From assembly GCA_965249275.1 (NCBI GenBank), contig CBDFLQ010000007.1:640001-704000 (forward strand): 64,000 bases of DNA, written 5' to 3'. The DNA is from Dehalococcoidia bacterium (GTDB lineage Bacteria; Chloroflexota; Dehalococcoidia; Plut-88900). Shown here in pieces: positions 30,285 to 39,406 of this stretch. How positions within the stretch are numbered: the stretch's first letter is position 1; every line of letters starts with the position of its first letter. The notes beneath the pieces are model-generated. The model was given only the letters and a program-made list of their open reading frames with translations. It was not told the DNA's origin and searched no databases. The position numbers and the translations under genes are program-made.

Positions 30285-31048
30285 CGTGGGTTCATCTCGT
30301 GGATCAGTTTTAGCCCTTCCATGGTCAAGTCCGGGTCCACCGCATCCAGAACGTCAGTCTCACTGGCAATCGTCCCTGCCAGCCCTCCCGTCGCCACCAC
30401 TTTCACACCCGGCCCCATTTCCTTCTTGAATCGTGCAACAAGCCCCTCTATAAGACCCACATACCCAAATATCAATCCCGACTGCATGCTCGCCGCCGGA
30501 GTGCGTCCTATCGCCTCCTGAGGCGCTGTAAGCTCCACCCTGGTAAGCTTCGATGCCCTCGCCACGAGGGCATCCGCCGCAACCCCCACTCCCGGAGCTA
30601 TCGCCCCACCTAAGTACTCACCATCCTTGGATACCGCGTCGAACACCGTCGCCGTGCCAAGGTCCACCACTATCACCGGCCCCCCATATTTTTGATAGGC
30701 CGCTACGGCATCGGCCACCCGGTCCGCGCCCACATCCCTCGGGTTTTCGTACAGTATCCTCATCCCCGTTTTCACCCCCGTCCCAACAACCAACGGCTTC
30801 AACCCGAAGTGGCTCTGGCAAAACTCCTCAAACACGCCGGTCAGCGGAGGCACTACGCTGCAGACAACTATCTCCGTGATCGTCGACTCCCGCATTCCAC
30901 GATTCTGCAACAACCCGTTGAACAGCACCGCATACTCATCGGCCTGCTTGTTCACGTCCGTCGAGATCCGCCACGTCGCGACCAACAACTCCCCGTCGTA
31001 CACACCGAGCGTTATGTTCGTGTTCCCGATGTCGATAGCTAGAAGCAT
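30281..31048 (-). CDS. coaX: Type III pantothenate kinase
   Basis: AIDIGNTN, VGADR, VDLGTAT, GGAIAPG. Confidence 0.96.
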   Translation of the reverse strand: MLLAIDIGNTNITLGVYDGELLVATWRISTDVNKQADEYAVLFNGLLQNRGMRESTITEIVVCSVVPPLTGVFEEFCQSHFGLKPLVVGTGVKTGMRILYENPRDVGADRVADAVAAYQKYGGPVIVVDLGTATVFDAVSKDGEYLGGAIAPGVGVAADALVARASKLTRVELTAPQEAIGRTPAASMQSGLIFGYVGLIEGLVARFKKEMGPGVKVVATGGLAGTIASETDVLDAVDPDLTMEGLKLIHEMNPR

Positions 31049-31059
31049 ATAGACCCAGC

Positions 31060-31464
31060 TTAGTTCGGCTTTACTGGCACGAGTGCAATCCCGTCCACGT
31101 ATTCAAAATGTCTGTCGGCAGAAACCAGGTCAGCCCCCGTTTCCAAGGAGTGAGCAGCTATCCACATGTCGTTCGTCGGAATCGGCCTACCCTTCGCCCT
31201 TTGAGATGCAGCTATTCTGGAATATCTGTCCGCCGTCGTCATGCTTATGCTCAGTAATGTGACGTTCGGCGATTTAAGAAACGAGCGCAGAGTGTCCAAA
31301 TTACGCTCGAAGTGTCGCCCAAGCCGATAACCAAACAATAGCTCTCCCGCTACAATGGGGGAGAATAGAACTTTTTCAGCCTCGCGTGCTAGGTCCGCCA
31401 CTTGCTGATGTCCGCGTACGAGCTTCGAATAGGCATTCGTATCCAGCAAGATTTTCATCGCCAC
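31060..31464 (-). CDS. vapC: VapC family PIN-domain toxin
   Basis: LLDTNA, IPTNDMWIAA, SADRHF. Confidence 0.92.
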   Translation of the reverse strand: MAMKILLDTNAYSKLVRGHQQVADLAREAEKVLFSPIVAGELLFGYRLGRHFERNLDTLRSFLKSPNVTLLSISMTTADRYSRIAASQRAKGRPIPTNDMWIAAHSLETGADLVSADRHFEYVDGIALVPVKPN

Positions 31465-31721
31465 ATCGACTCATCGATTTTCTCGAATTCCTCTTCTATC
31501 ACAGTCTCCAGTTCATCCGCCTCTTCCCGGCTCATTGAACCAATGAACCAATCCAGAGAAGACCCCACCTTACTCCCCCCTTCTTTTCCATCCATCATCC
31601 CCGCCCCCTTCTTAAGAAGCTTCACCGCCGCCCGATTCAGGGAAATGCCTTCTCGCTCCGCTAGTTGGCGAATGGTCTCATTAAGCTCATCATCGAATCC
31701 CCTAATCGTCAATTGGTTCAT
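31455..31721 (-). CDS. Ribbon-helix-helix antitoxin (VapB-like)
   Basis: QLTIRGFD..SLN N-terminus, acidic C-terminus, overlaps vapC. Confidence 0.85.
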   Translation of the reverse strand: MNQLTIRGFDDELNETIRQLAEREGISLNRAAVKLLKKGAGMMDGKEGGSKVGSSLDWFIGSMSREEADELETVIEEEFEKIDESMWR

Positions 31722-31737
31722 ACTTCACCACCCTGCC

Positions 31738-31783
31738 GAGTCAATGTATGAGTCATTATGACCCAACCAATGCCTCATATCAA
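31738..31783 (-). promoter_or_regulatory. vapBC promoter with candidate operator
   Basis: TTGATA-N17-CATAAT on the minus strand; repeated GAGTCA and a GTCATTATGAC palindrome over the -10. Confidence 0.55.
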
Positions 31784-31810
31784 CTCTGCAATGCCGGGCA
31801 CCCCTCACCC

Positions 31811-33352
31811 TCACCCCACCCCTCGTATCGCCCTCGGCAACAGAGGCAACAGGTCGCTCGCCAACAACCCCGCCTCCCCGACCTCCTCCCGACCCATCTC
31901 TCCCGCCAACCCGTGCAGATATACACCCGCCATTGCCGCCTCCCATGCCCCGAGCCCTTGCGCCAGGAGTCCCGCAATAGTCCCCGCCAGCACGTCGCCC
32001 GTGCCCGCCGACGCCAGCCCCGGATTCGCAAACGGGCTCACCACGGCATGGCCATCGGCTCGGGCAACCACCGTGTGCGCCCCCTTCAAGACCACCGTCT
32101 TACCCCACTTCCGTGCCGCCTCCCGAGCAGTCCCAATGCGGTCCCGCTGCACTTCCCCCGTCGAAGCGTGCATCAATCGCGACATCTCGCCAGGATGAGG
32201 CGTCAATACCGCCTCCCGACCCAGCTTCTCCCACCACCCGTCCTCCGAAGCCAACGCATTCAGCCCGTCCGCATCAACTACGGCGGGTGGGGCAGTCAAA
32301 TGTGAATCCAGAAGCAGCCCCTTCGCCAGTTCCCAGGCGCTTTCTGCTCTCCCTAGCCCACACCCGACCAGCAGCGCATCCGCCTCCTTCACTCCCTCTT
32401 CAATAGCCGTCCTCCACTCTTGCACACCTGCGTTTTCCTCGAGGGGGATATACGTCACCTCTGCCGCCCGGGAAGCGACTATCGACCGCACTACCGGAGA
32501 GCATGCCAAAGTCACCAGCCCAGCCCCGACCCTCGTCGCCGCCGCACATGCCAGATATGCCGCCCCCACGTACTGCCCCGACCCCGCAAGCGCCACTACC
32601 CGACCAAAGGTGCCCTTGTGTGCATCCGCCGGCCTCCGAGGCAGCAACTCCTTCACCCTTTCGCCCGTCAGCATCTCCAGCGAGATTTGTCGCGACAGCT
32701 CCACCGGTATCCCAATATCCGCAACGGCCAACCGTCCCGTCATCGAGGCGCCCGGGAACGCAAACATCCCGATCTTCGGGTAACCTAAGGCGACGGTGAA
32801 ATCTGCCGGTAGCCCTGCTTCGTCCCCCTGCCCCGAGTCTGCATCCACCCCTGACGGCAGGTCCATCGCCGCCACCCTTAAGTTCGGGTTGGACTCCTTC
32901 GCATTCCGCACTTCGGAGATTATTGCTTCGATATTCCCCGAAATCGGCCTCGACCTTCCCGTTCCCAGCACCGCGTCCACTACCACCTCCGCCGACCTGA
33001 GCCCCTCCCGCAACGCCGACAGCCCTTCCTCTTCATACGCGGCTATCGGGTCCAATCCCCTGTCAATGACCAGCTTTAAGTTCGGGTCCGACTCGGAGCG
33101 CGGGGAACATAGGAAGGCGTAGACATTCGCAATCCAATCATGGAGATACCGTGCTGCCACCAGCCCGTCTCCCCCGTTATTACCAGGCCCGACAAGCACC
33201 AGCACGTTCTTCCCCGTGACTCCGTCCATCCATTCCCTCACCTCCTCCGCAAACGCCCGACCCGCGTTCTCCATCAATTGCGACGTCGGAATCCCCTCCA
33301 ACTCGCACTGACCCTCGATCTCCCGCATCTCGGCGCTGTTCACTATCTTCAT
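31811..33352 (-). CDS. nnr: Bifunctional NAD(P)H-hydrate epimerase/dehydratase
   Basis: LMENAG, GNNGGDG, HKGTFG, TPHPGE, AGTGDVLAG. Confidence 0.95.
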   Translation of the reverse strand: MKIVNSAEMREIEGQCELEGIPTSQLMENAGRAFAEEVREWMDGVTGKNVLVLVGPGNNGGDGLVAARYLHDWIANVYAFLCSPRSESDPNLKLVIDRGLDPIAAYEEEGLSALREGLRSAEVVVDAVLGTGRSRPISGNIEAIISEVRNAKESNPNLRVAAMDLPSGVDADSGQGDEAGLPADFTVALGYPKIGMFAFPGASMTGRLAVADIGIPVELSRQISLEMLTGERVKELLPRRPADAHKGTFGRVVALAGSGQYVGAAYLACAAATRVGAGLVTLACSPVVRSIVASRAAEVTYIPLEENAGVQEWRTAIEEGVKEADALLVGCGLGRAESAWELAKGLLLDSHLTAPPAVVDADGLNALASEDGWWEKLGREAVLTPHPGEMSRLMHASTGEVQRDRIGTAREAARKWGKTVVLKGAHTVVARADGHAVVSPFANPGLASAGTGDVLAGTIAGLLAQGLGAWEAAMAGVYLHGLAGEMGREEVGEAGLLASDLLPLLPRAIRGVG

Positions 33353-33374
33353 CGACGTTCGACCTTGCTCACAC

Positions 33375-33770
33375 CTATCCCTCTACCATCGCAACTGCCG
33401 ACGCCACCGCGAACTCATCGGAATGCGACAGGCTTATCGCCACCTCCCCCAACCCCAGCTTACGAGCCCGAGCCTCGGCCCTGCGATACAGCTTCACCGT
33501 CGGCTTTCCGCTCGGCAGAGGCAGAATCTCGATCTCCCGCCACGCCACCCCCCTGTTCCCCGTCCCAAGCACCTTCATCACCGCCTCCTTGCCCGCAAAC
33601 CGTGCAGCGAGCTCCGGCACCCGGTTCCGATAGCGTTCTATCTCCTTGGGCGTGTACACACGAGCCAGGAATTTTTCGCCCCACCTCTCCAAAGCCGCCC
33701 TGATCCTGGGTATCTCTGTTATGTCTACTCCTACACTGGGATATGCACTGCCTGACAAGGCTTCTCTCAC
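33375..33770 (-). CDS. acpS: Holo-ACP synthase
   Basis: GVDITE, AARFAGKEA, ISLSH. Confidence 0.95.
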   Translation of the reverse strand: MREALSGSAYPSVGVDITEIPRIRAALERWGEKFLARVYTPKEIERYRNRVPELAARFAGKEAVMKVLGTGNRGVAWREIEILPLPSGKPTVKLYRRAEARARKLGLGEVAISLSHSDEFAVASAVAMVEG

Positions 33771-33878
33771 GGGTTAAGGGTAGCCGCGAGTATATCACCC
33801 CTTTTCCCGCCGTCGTTCCTTTCTGTCGCGTTCCTCATATCCTCCTCACTACCTGGACCCGGAGGCTCCATTTGCAGG

Positions 33879-33916
33879 GTCATTCCGAGGCTCCGCGAGG
33901 AATCTAGGACTTGCCC
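33879..33916 (+). repeat. Palindromic repeat family B (intact copy)
   Basis: GTCATTCCGAGGCTCCGCGAGGAATCTAGGACTTGCCC. Confidence 0.9.
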
Positions 33917-34257
33917 CATCACGCGCCTTACGCTACGCCCTCACTTACTTCCCCTTGTGTCACCAGCCCCCTTGCCCCTCACCACCCATCACCCATATCC
34001 TGTCCACGTGAAATCCGCATCGGCCCAACGCAATGCGTTCCACCCAAGCTGGCCGGGCCTCGGTCGAGCAATACGTCCATTCTCAGGAAAATACAGATGT
34101 ATGATTGATACGGTAATGCGGGATTTCCACAAACTATCAAATTTCGTGCCTGCTCCCCGAAGACAATCAAACGCAAAGCCGATTTACCTTGACTATCCGT
34201 CGCCATTTTGATTGTAAACTGTCAACTGCCGCCCATCGACTGAACAAGTGCCACAAA

Positions 34258-34287
34258 TTGACTCCCCAATTCTCGCAACGTTAGAAT
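34258..34287 (+). promoter_or_regulatory. Sigma-70 promoter candidate for valS
   Basis: TTGACT-N18-TAGAAT. Confidence 0.55.
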
Positions 34288-34362
34288 CGACCAACTTCTC
34301 TAGCGAAAGTTCCGAATACGTTATCCCCTCTCTCACCGACAACCTCACTACCGTAACTAACC

Positions 34363-37185
34363 ATGATTACCCGCACTGAAAACCTCGCCCGCATCCCAAA
34401 GGTCTACGACCCCACCGAGATCGAAGGCCGAATCTACAAGTTTTGGCTCGATAACGGCTACTTCACCCCAACCATAGAAGAGGGCAAGCAGCCCTTTGTC
34501 ATCATCATGCCGCCGCCCAACGTCACCGGCGAGCTTCACCTCGGCCACGCTCTGACTGCCGCCGCCGAGGACGCTCTCATCCGCTGGCATCGCATGATGG
34601 GCGACCCTACCCTCTGGCTCCCGGGCAGCGACCACGCCGGAATCGCAACTCAGGTCGTAGTCGAAAGACAGCTAGTCAAAGAGGGAAAGGCCCGGCAGGA
34701 AATAGGTCGCGAAGCTTTCGTTGCGAGGGTATGGGAATGGGTACGCCAATACGGTCGCACCATCGCAGAGCAGCACAAGAGACTCGGCGCTTCCTGCGAC
34801 TGGACCCGAGAGCGCTTCACCCTCGACGAAGGCCCCAGCCGCGCCGTACGCACCACTTTCGTCAACCTCTACCGCAAGGGCCTTATATACCGCGGCGAGC
34901 GCATCATCAACTGGTGCCCCCGATGCACGACCGCCCTCTCCGACCTCGAGGTCATCCACCAGGAAGTCGATAGCAATCTCTACTACATCCGCTATCCCCA
35001 CGCCCAGGACCCGACCCGCTACCTCACCGTCGCCACCACCCGTCCCGAGACCCTTCTCGGCGACACCGCTGTCGCCGTCAACCCCGACGACGAACGTTTC
35101 GCCGATTTCGTCGGCCAGAATGTGATCCTCCCCCGTCTAAACCGCCCCATCCCCGTCGTCGCCGACACCGCAGTCGACACAGAGTTCGGCACCGGCGCCG
35201 TCAAAGTAACCCCAGCCCATGATCCCAACGACTTCGATATCGCCCAGCGCCACAACCTTCCCCTAATCACTGTAATCGGGCCCCGGTCTTCAATGACCGA
35301 GGCCGCTGGGCCCCAATACACCGGCTTGACCGTCGCAGAGTGCCGAGCCCGCATCCTCCAGGACCTCGAATCCGATGGTCTGCTCGCAAAGGCCGAACCC
35401 CTCACCCACTCCGTTGGGCACTGCCAGCGCTGCAACACAGTCGTCGAACCTATGGCCGGTAAGCAGTGGTTCGTCAAGGTCGGCCCCATGGCTGAGGCCG
35501 CCGCCGCCGCCGTCACCGAGGGCCGTATCCGCATAGTCCCAGACCGCTTCACCAAGGTCTATTTGAACTGGATGGACAACATCCGAGACTGGTGCATCAG
35601 CCGCCAGCTCTGGTGGGGCCATCGTATCCCCGTCTGGTATTGTGATCGGTGCGAACACCTCACCGTCGCTCTGGATGACCCAACAGCCTGCGAGGGTTGT
35701 GGCTCGACCGATATTCGCCAGGACCCCGACGTCCTGGACACATGGTTCAGCTCCGGCCTCTGGCCCCATTCCACCCTCGGCTGGCCCGACAACACCGACG
35801 ACCTCCGCTATTTCTACCCCGGCGCAGTCCTCGAAACAGGCTACGATATCCTCTTCTTCTGGGTCGCCCGCATGATCATGCTCGGCATCCAGAACATGGG
35901 CGACATACCCTTCCACACTGTATATCTCCACGGCCTCATCCAGGACGAACACGGCGAGAAGATGAGTAAGGTGAAGGGCAACGTACTCAATCCCCTCGAA
36001 ATCATCGACGAGCACGGCGCCGACGCCCTCCGCTTTGCCCTCACCGTCGGCACCGCCCCCGGCAACGACAGCCGGCTCAGCGAGGCCAAGATTCGGTCCA
36101 GCCGCAACTTCACCAACAAGCTCTGGAACGCCTCCCGCTACGTCATCTCCATCCTCGACCAAGCCCCATCATCCCCCCCCGTCATTCCTGCGGAGGCAGG
36201 CCGAAGGTCCGCCGAGGAGGAAATCCATCCCCCCCAACCCTCTACTTTATCATCCCAAGACCAGGCAAATATGTCATTCCGACGCTCCGCGAGGAATCTA
36301 GGACTTGCCCACTCAACTTCCTCATCGCAATCCCCTCCCTCCGATTCCCTCCCCATCGAAGACCGCTGGATCCTGAGCCGCTTCCAACGCACCGTCGAGG
36401 ACGTCACCCGCGCCCTCAACGGCTTCCGTCTCGGCGACGCCCAGGAGTACGTCCACGACTTCATCTGGAACGAGTTCTGCGACTGGTATATCGAAATAGC
36501 CAAGATTCGCCTCCGGGACCTTTCCGACTCCCCCTCCCCCGCCCCCGTCCTGGCTCAGGTCCTCGACGGCGCTCTTCGCCTACTCCACCCCTTCATGCCC
36601 TTCATAACCGAGGAAATCTGGCAAACCCTCGTCCAACGAATGCCCGCATCCGGTGATCAGACCGGCTCCATAATGGTCGCCCCATACCCCACCCCCGACC
36701 CCGCCGCCATCGACTCGGAAGCCGAGGAGTGGGCCGGCCTTCTAATGGCCCTCGTCCGCGGTGTACGCAACGTCCGCGCAGAGCGCAAAGTCGAGGCAAG
36801 TAAGAAAATCCTGGCCGTCCTGTTGGATGGCGAGACCCTTGGACCCGGAGGCCAATCTTTCTTAGAAACCCTCGCCCAATGCTCCGTCGAGGCACACGCC
36901 GGCAACACCTCTCAACCAGAGAACTCCATCATGGTCGTCGAAAAGGCCACCCGAGTCTTCCTCCCCCTCGCCGGCCTCTTCGACTTCGCCGTTGAACGAA
37001 ATCGCCTTGAATCAGCCCTTGGGGAATTGGGCAAGAGGATCGCCCAGATCGAGTCCCGCCTTGAGAACAAGCAATTCCTCTCCAAAGCTCCCCCCGACGT
37101 TGTCGAAAAGGAACGCACCCGCCTCTCCGGCTGGCGAGAAGAGGAAGCCAACTTCCTCCACCGCCTCGGTGAACTGGGTCAATAG
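34363..37185 (+). CDS. valS: Valine--tRNA ligase with a repeat-derived in-frame insertion
   Basis: PPPNVTGELHLGH, WCISRQLWWGH, KMSK, C-terminal coiled coil. Confidence 0.98.
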   Translation: MITRTENLARIPKVYDPTEIEGRIYKFWLDNGYFTPTIEEGKQPFVIIMPPPNVTGELHLGHALTAAAEDALIRWHRMMGDPTLWLPGSDHAGIATQVVVERQLVKEGKARQEIGREAFVARVWEWVRQYGRTIAEQHKRLGASCDWTRERFTLDEGPSRAVRTTFVNLYRKGLIYRGERIINWCPRCTTALSDLEVIHQEVDSNLYYIRYPHAQDPTRYLTVATTRPETLLGDTAVAVNPDDERFADFVGQNVILPRLNRPIPVVADTAVDTEFGTGAVKVTPAHDPNDFDIAQRHNLPLITVIGPRSSMTEAAGPQYTGLTVAECRARILQDLESDGLLAKAEPLTHSVGHCQRCNTVVEPMAGKQWFVKVGPMAEAAAAAVTEGRIRIVPDRFTKVYLNWMDNIRDWCISRQLWWGHRIPVWYCDRCEHLTVALDDPTACEGCGSTDIRQDPDVLDTWFSSGLWPHSTLGWPDNTDDLRYFYPGAVLETGYDILFFWVARMIMLGIQNMGDIPFHTVYLHGLIQDEHGEKMSKVKGNVLNPLEIIDEHGADALRFALTVGTAPGNDSRLSEAKIRSSRNFTNKLWNASRYVISILDQAPSSPPVIPAEAGRRSAEEEIHPPQPSTLSSQDQANMSFRRSARNLGLAHSTSSSQSPPSDSLPIEDRWILSRFQRTVEDVTRALNGFRLGDAQEYVHDFIWNEFCDWYIEIAKIRLRDLSDSPSPAPVLAQVLDGALRLLHPFMPFITEEIWQTLVQRMPASGDQTGSIMVAPYPTPDPAAIDSEAEEWAGLLMALVRGVRNVRAERKVEASKKILAVLLDGETLGPGGQSFLETLAQCSVEAHAGNTSQPENSIMVVEKATRVFLPLAGLFDFAVERNRLESALGELGKRIAQIESRLENKQFLSKAPPDVVEKERTRLSGWREEEANFLHRLGELGQ
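36181..36315 (+). repeat. Family C repeat (with 21-nt insert) and family B repeat inside valS
   Basis: GTCATTCCTGCGGAGGCAGG[36201-36221]AATCCATCCC and GTCATTCCGACGCTCCGCGAGGAATCTAGGACTTGCCCACTCA (36273-36315). Confidence 0.9.
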
Positions 37186-37202
37186 CAGTCCACCAAGAGA
37201 CC

Positions 37203-37299
37203 GTTATTCCTGCGGAGGCAGGAATCCAGGGGAAGTGTGGGGTTGGGTCCGATCCTCGGGGCGGGGCCGCTCGTGCTGAGGCTCTCGAAGTATGAGCGG
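37203..37299 (+). repeat. Family C (37203-37228) and family A (37267-37299) repeats
   Basis: GTTATTCCTGCGGAGGCAGGAATCCA; CCGCTCGTGCTGAGGCTCTCGAAGTATGAGCGG. Confidence 0.9.
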
Positions 37300-37405
37300 G
37301 GGGCGGAGGAAGGATTAGACAAGCGGCCACTTTGCATAGTATGTCTACTCATCGCAATATGCTTCCACATCAAGACTTGTCCAATGCCCCCATAGGGCAT
37401 AGACC

Positions 37406-38410
37406 ATGAAGTTCGCCGTCAGCGTCTTCGGCAACCAGCCCATGCCCCGGATCGTCCAACGCGTGCAAATGATCGAGGCCCTCGGCTTCGACGCCGTCTG
37501 GTTCGGAGACCTCCAACGCATATGCCGCGAGGTGTACGTGGAGATGACGGCCTGTGCCCTGAACACGTCCAGGATCACTCTCGGTATAGGCGTCACTATG
37601 CCCACCACCCGACACGCCAGCGTCACGGCCAGCGCCTTCGCCTCCCTTCACGATCTGGCCCCCGGCCGCATTCGTGCAGGCATCAGCACAGGAGACAGCG
37701 GCGTCCGCTCAATAGGCCGCCGCCCCGAGCCCATTGCCAGTCTCGAGTCCTACATTCGCCAGGTTAAGGGCCTGCTCCAAAATGAGGTCGTGGAGTTCGA
37801 CGAAGGCGGCAAAGCCAAACTCGCCTGGCTGCAATCCCCGACTGACATACCCATTTACGTCGCCGCCACCGGCCCCCGGCTCACCCGAGCCGCAGGCCGC
37901 ATGGCCGACGGCGCTATCCTCCTCAGAGAACGAGGCCCTGCCCAAATGTCGGCAGGCGTCGAGATGTTCAAGGAATCCGCAAGGGCTGCAGGCAAAACAC
38001 CCGCCGACACCAAGTTGTCCTGCTGGCTTCAGACCTGCCTCGGCCCCGACCGCACCCTCGCCCGACGCAAGCTCAACGGCCCCGTCGGCGTCATCATCAA
38101 CATGTCCAACCCCGCACTTTTCGACGAAGAAGATCTGCCCTTGATTGCCAAGCTTAAGGCTAACTACAACCCGTCAAAGCACTCCCGCTCCTACATTTCC
38201 GACGAGTTCCGCATCCCGGACAAGTACATCGACCGCTTCGCCTTGGGCGGCGACCGAGAAGATGCAATCTCCTGCATAAAGCAGCTATCCACGGTCGAGG
38301 GCCTGGACGAGATTATCCTCGCCCCTCAGCACATCCCCGAAGTCCCCGGCCCCACAGTCGACGAGACCATCCGCTACTTCGCCGAAGAAGTCCTCCCTCA
38401 CGTAGCCTGA
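37406..38410 (+). CDS. LLM class oxidoreductase (Mer/F420-like subgroup)
   Basis: GFDAVWFGD, RITLGIGVT, GISTGDS, IPIYVAATGPR, ADG. Confidence 0.88.
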   Translation: MKFAVSVFGNQPMPRIVQRVQMIEALGFDAVWFGDLQRICREVYVEMTACALNTSRITLGIGVTMPTTRHASVTASAFASLHDLAPGRIRAGISTGDSGVRSIGRRPEPIASLESYIRQVKGLLQNEVVEFDEGGKAKLAWLQSPTDIPIYVAATGPRLTRAAGRMADGAILLRERGPAQMSAGVEMFKESARAAGKTPADTKLSCWLQTCLGPDRTLARRKLNGPVGVIINMSNPALFDEEDLPLIAKLKANYNPSKHSRSYISDEFRIPDKYIDRFALGGDREDAISCIKQLSTVEGLDEIILAPQHIPEVPGPTVDETIRYFAEEVLPHVA

Positions 38411-38594
38411 CCCCCCCGTCCCCCTACACTCCGTCTACCCCATAGGCCAATTGCATCGCAACTAGGCATTTGAGAGTTATTTGTGCGTAAGCAGGTGATT
38501 CGGAAGGTAGAAGAGCCAAGCGCTCTTCTACGGACGCAAGGTAGTGCCCCTCACTGCCTTGCCGAGCTAAGTTAAGTTGAAAGCGTGTAAGTGG

Positions 38595-39221
38595 TCAGGC
38601 AATCGCACGCTTGGACAAGTCCAGTAGAGTCGCATCTCTTCCCGGGGCAAACGCAGATCCTGGTCTTGAAGGCTCCAAATAGGTGACGGCGTCATAAAAG
38701 TCGTCTAGCGCAACAAATATGCCGTTCTCCTCGGCCCAACGTCGCATTCGCTGGTTACAGGAGTGCGCCCAAGACAGTATTTCAACTTTCCAACCTCGCT
38801 TGTGCATACGTTCCAAGGTGCTGTGAAAGCCTGCCCCTTCGGAGTAACCAGCGCCGTCTCCAGTTAGCAATACTACAATCCCCGGATTTCCATTGTTGTC
38901 CAGAGCATCCTCCAGCATTCGCAATTGCAACACCCTATCGGGTATATCCTGCTCTCCCCGCTCGGGGTCGCCACGGTCGAACAGTTTCACCTCCACCCCC
39001 ATATTCTCCAGTCTGTTCCATAAGTGACGCATCTCCGGTGGCACTGACCCGGCAGCCACTGCATGCATCAACGGTCTCTCGGCTTGGGCAAGTTGAAGTA
39101 GCGCATCGAAGTTAATTCGCACTCTGTATCGAGCATCGGGTCCTTCGTTACGCTCCCCCGCCAACCGCTGCGCCTCATGGAAGATGTTCGAATTGTCCCA
39201 ATAAATGAATACTCCAACCAT
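38595..39221 (-). CDS. NYN-domain (PIN-like) protein
   Basis: YWDNSN, LLTGDG and GWKVEILSW motifs; visibly more AT-rich than its neighbours. Confidence 0.85.
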   Translation of the reverse strand: MVGVFIYWDNSNIFHEAQRLAGERNEGPDARYRVRINFDALLQLAQAERPLMHAVAAGSVPPEMRHLWNRLENMGVEVKLFDRGDPERGEQDIPDRVLQLRMLEDALDNNGNPGIVVLLTGDGAGYSEGAGFHSTLERMHKRGWKVEILSWAHSCNQRMRRWAEENGIFVALDDFYDAVTYLEPSRPGSAFAPGRDATLLDLSKRAIA

Positions 39222-39406
39222 AGTGTTTCTCTATCTAATTTGCACCTTTGTTATGTCGCGTGTCCGCTCACATGACCGTATTTTGGGGCACCTGCCCATT
39301 GCTACCTAAGTTTAACACTACTTCACAGATGCATTGTTCCTCCCCCCGTGTTGTATACTCTCCCCGACAACACAACCCCCCAACCCACGACCTAAGGAGA
39401 CCGCCA

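Noticed and set aside
33920-34362. T-box leader or small genes upstream of valS
   Set aside because: No T-box consensus or terminator is seen. The short ORFs (33911, 33957, 33979) lack an RBS and native codon bias.
36929-37330. Short ORFs sharing peptides such as AHTSRASARAAP (also near 17068, 44078, 58485)
   Set aside because: The shared peptide is only a translation of the family A repeat, not a protein family.
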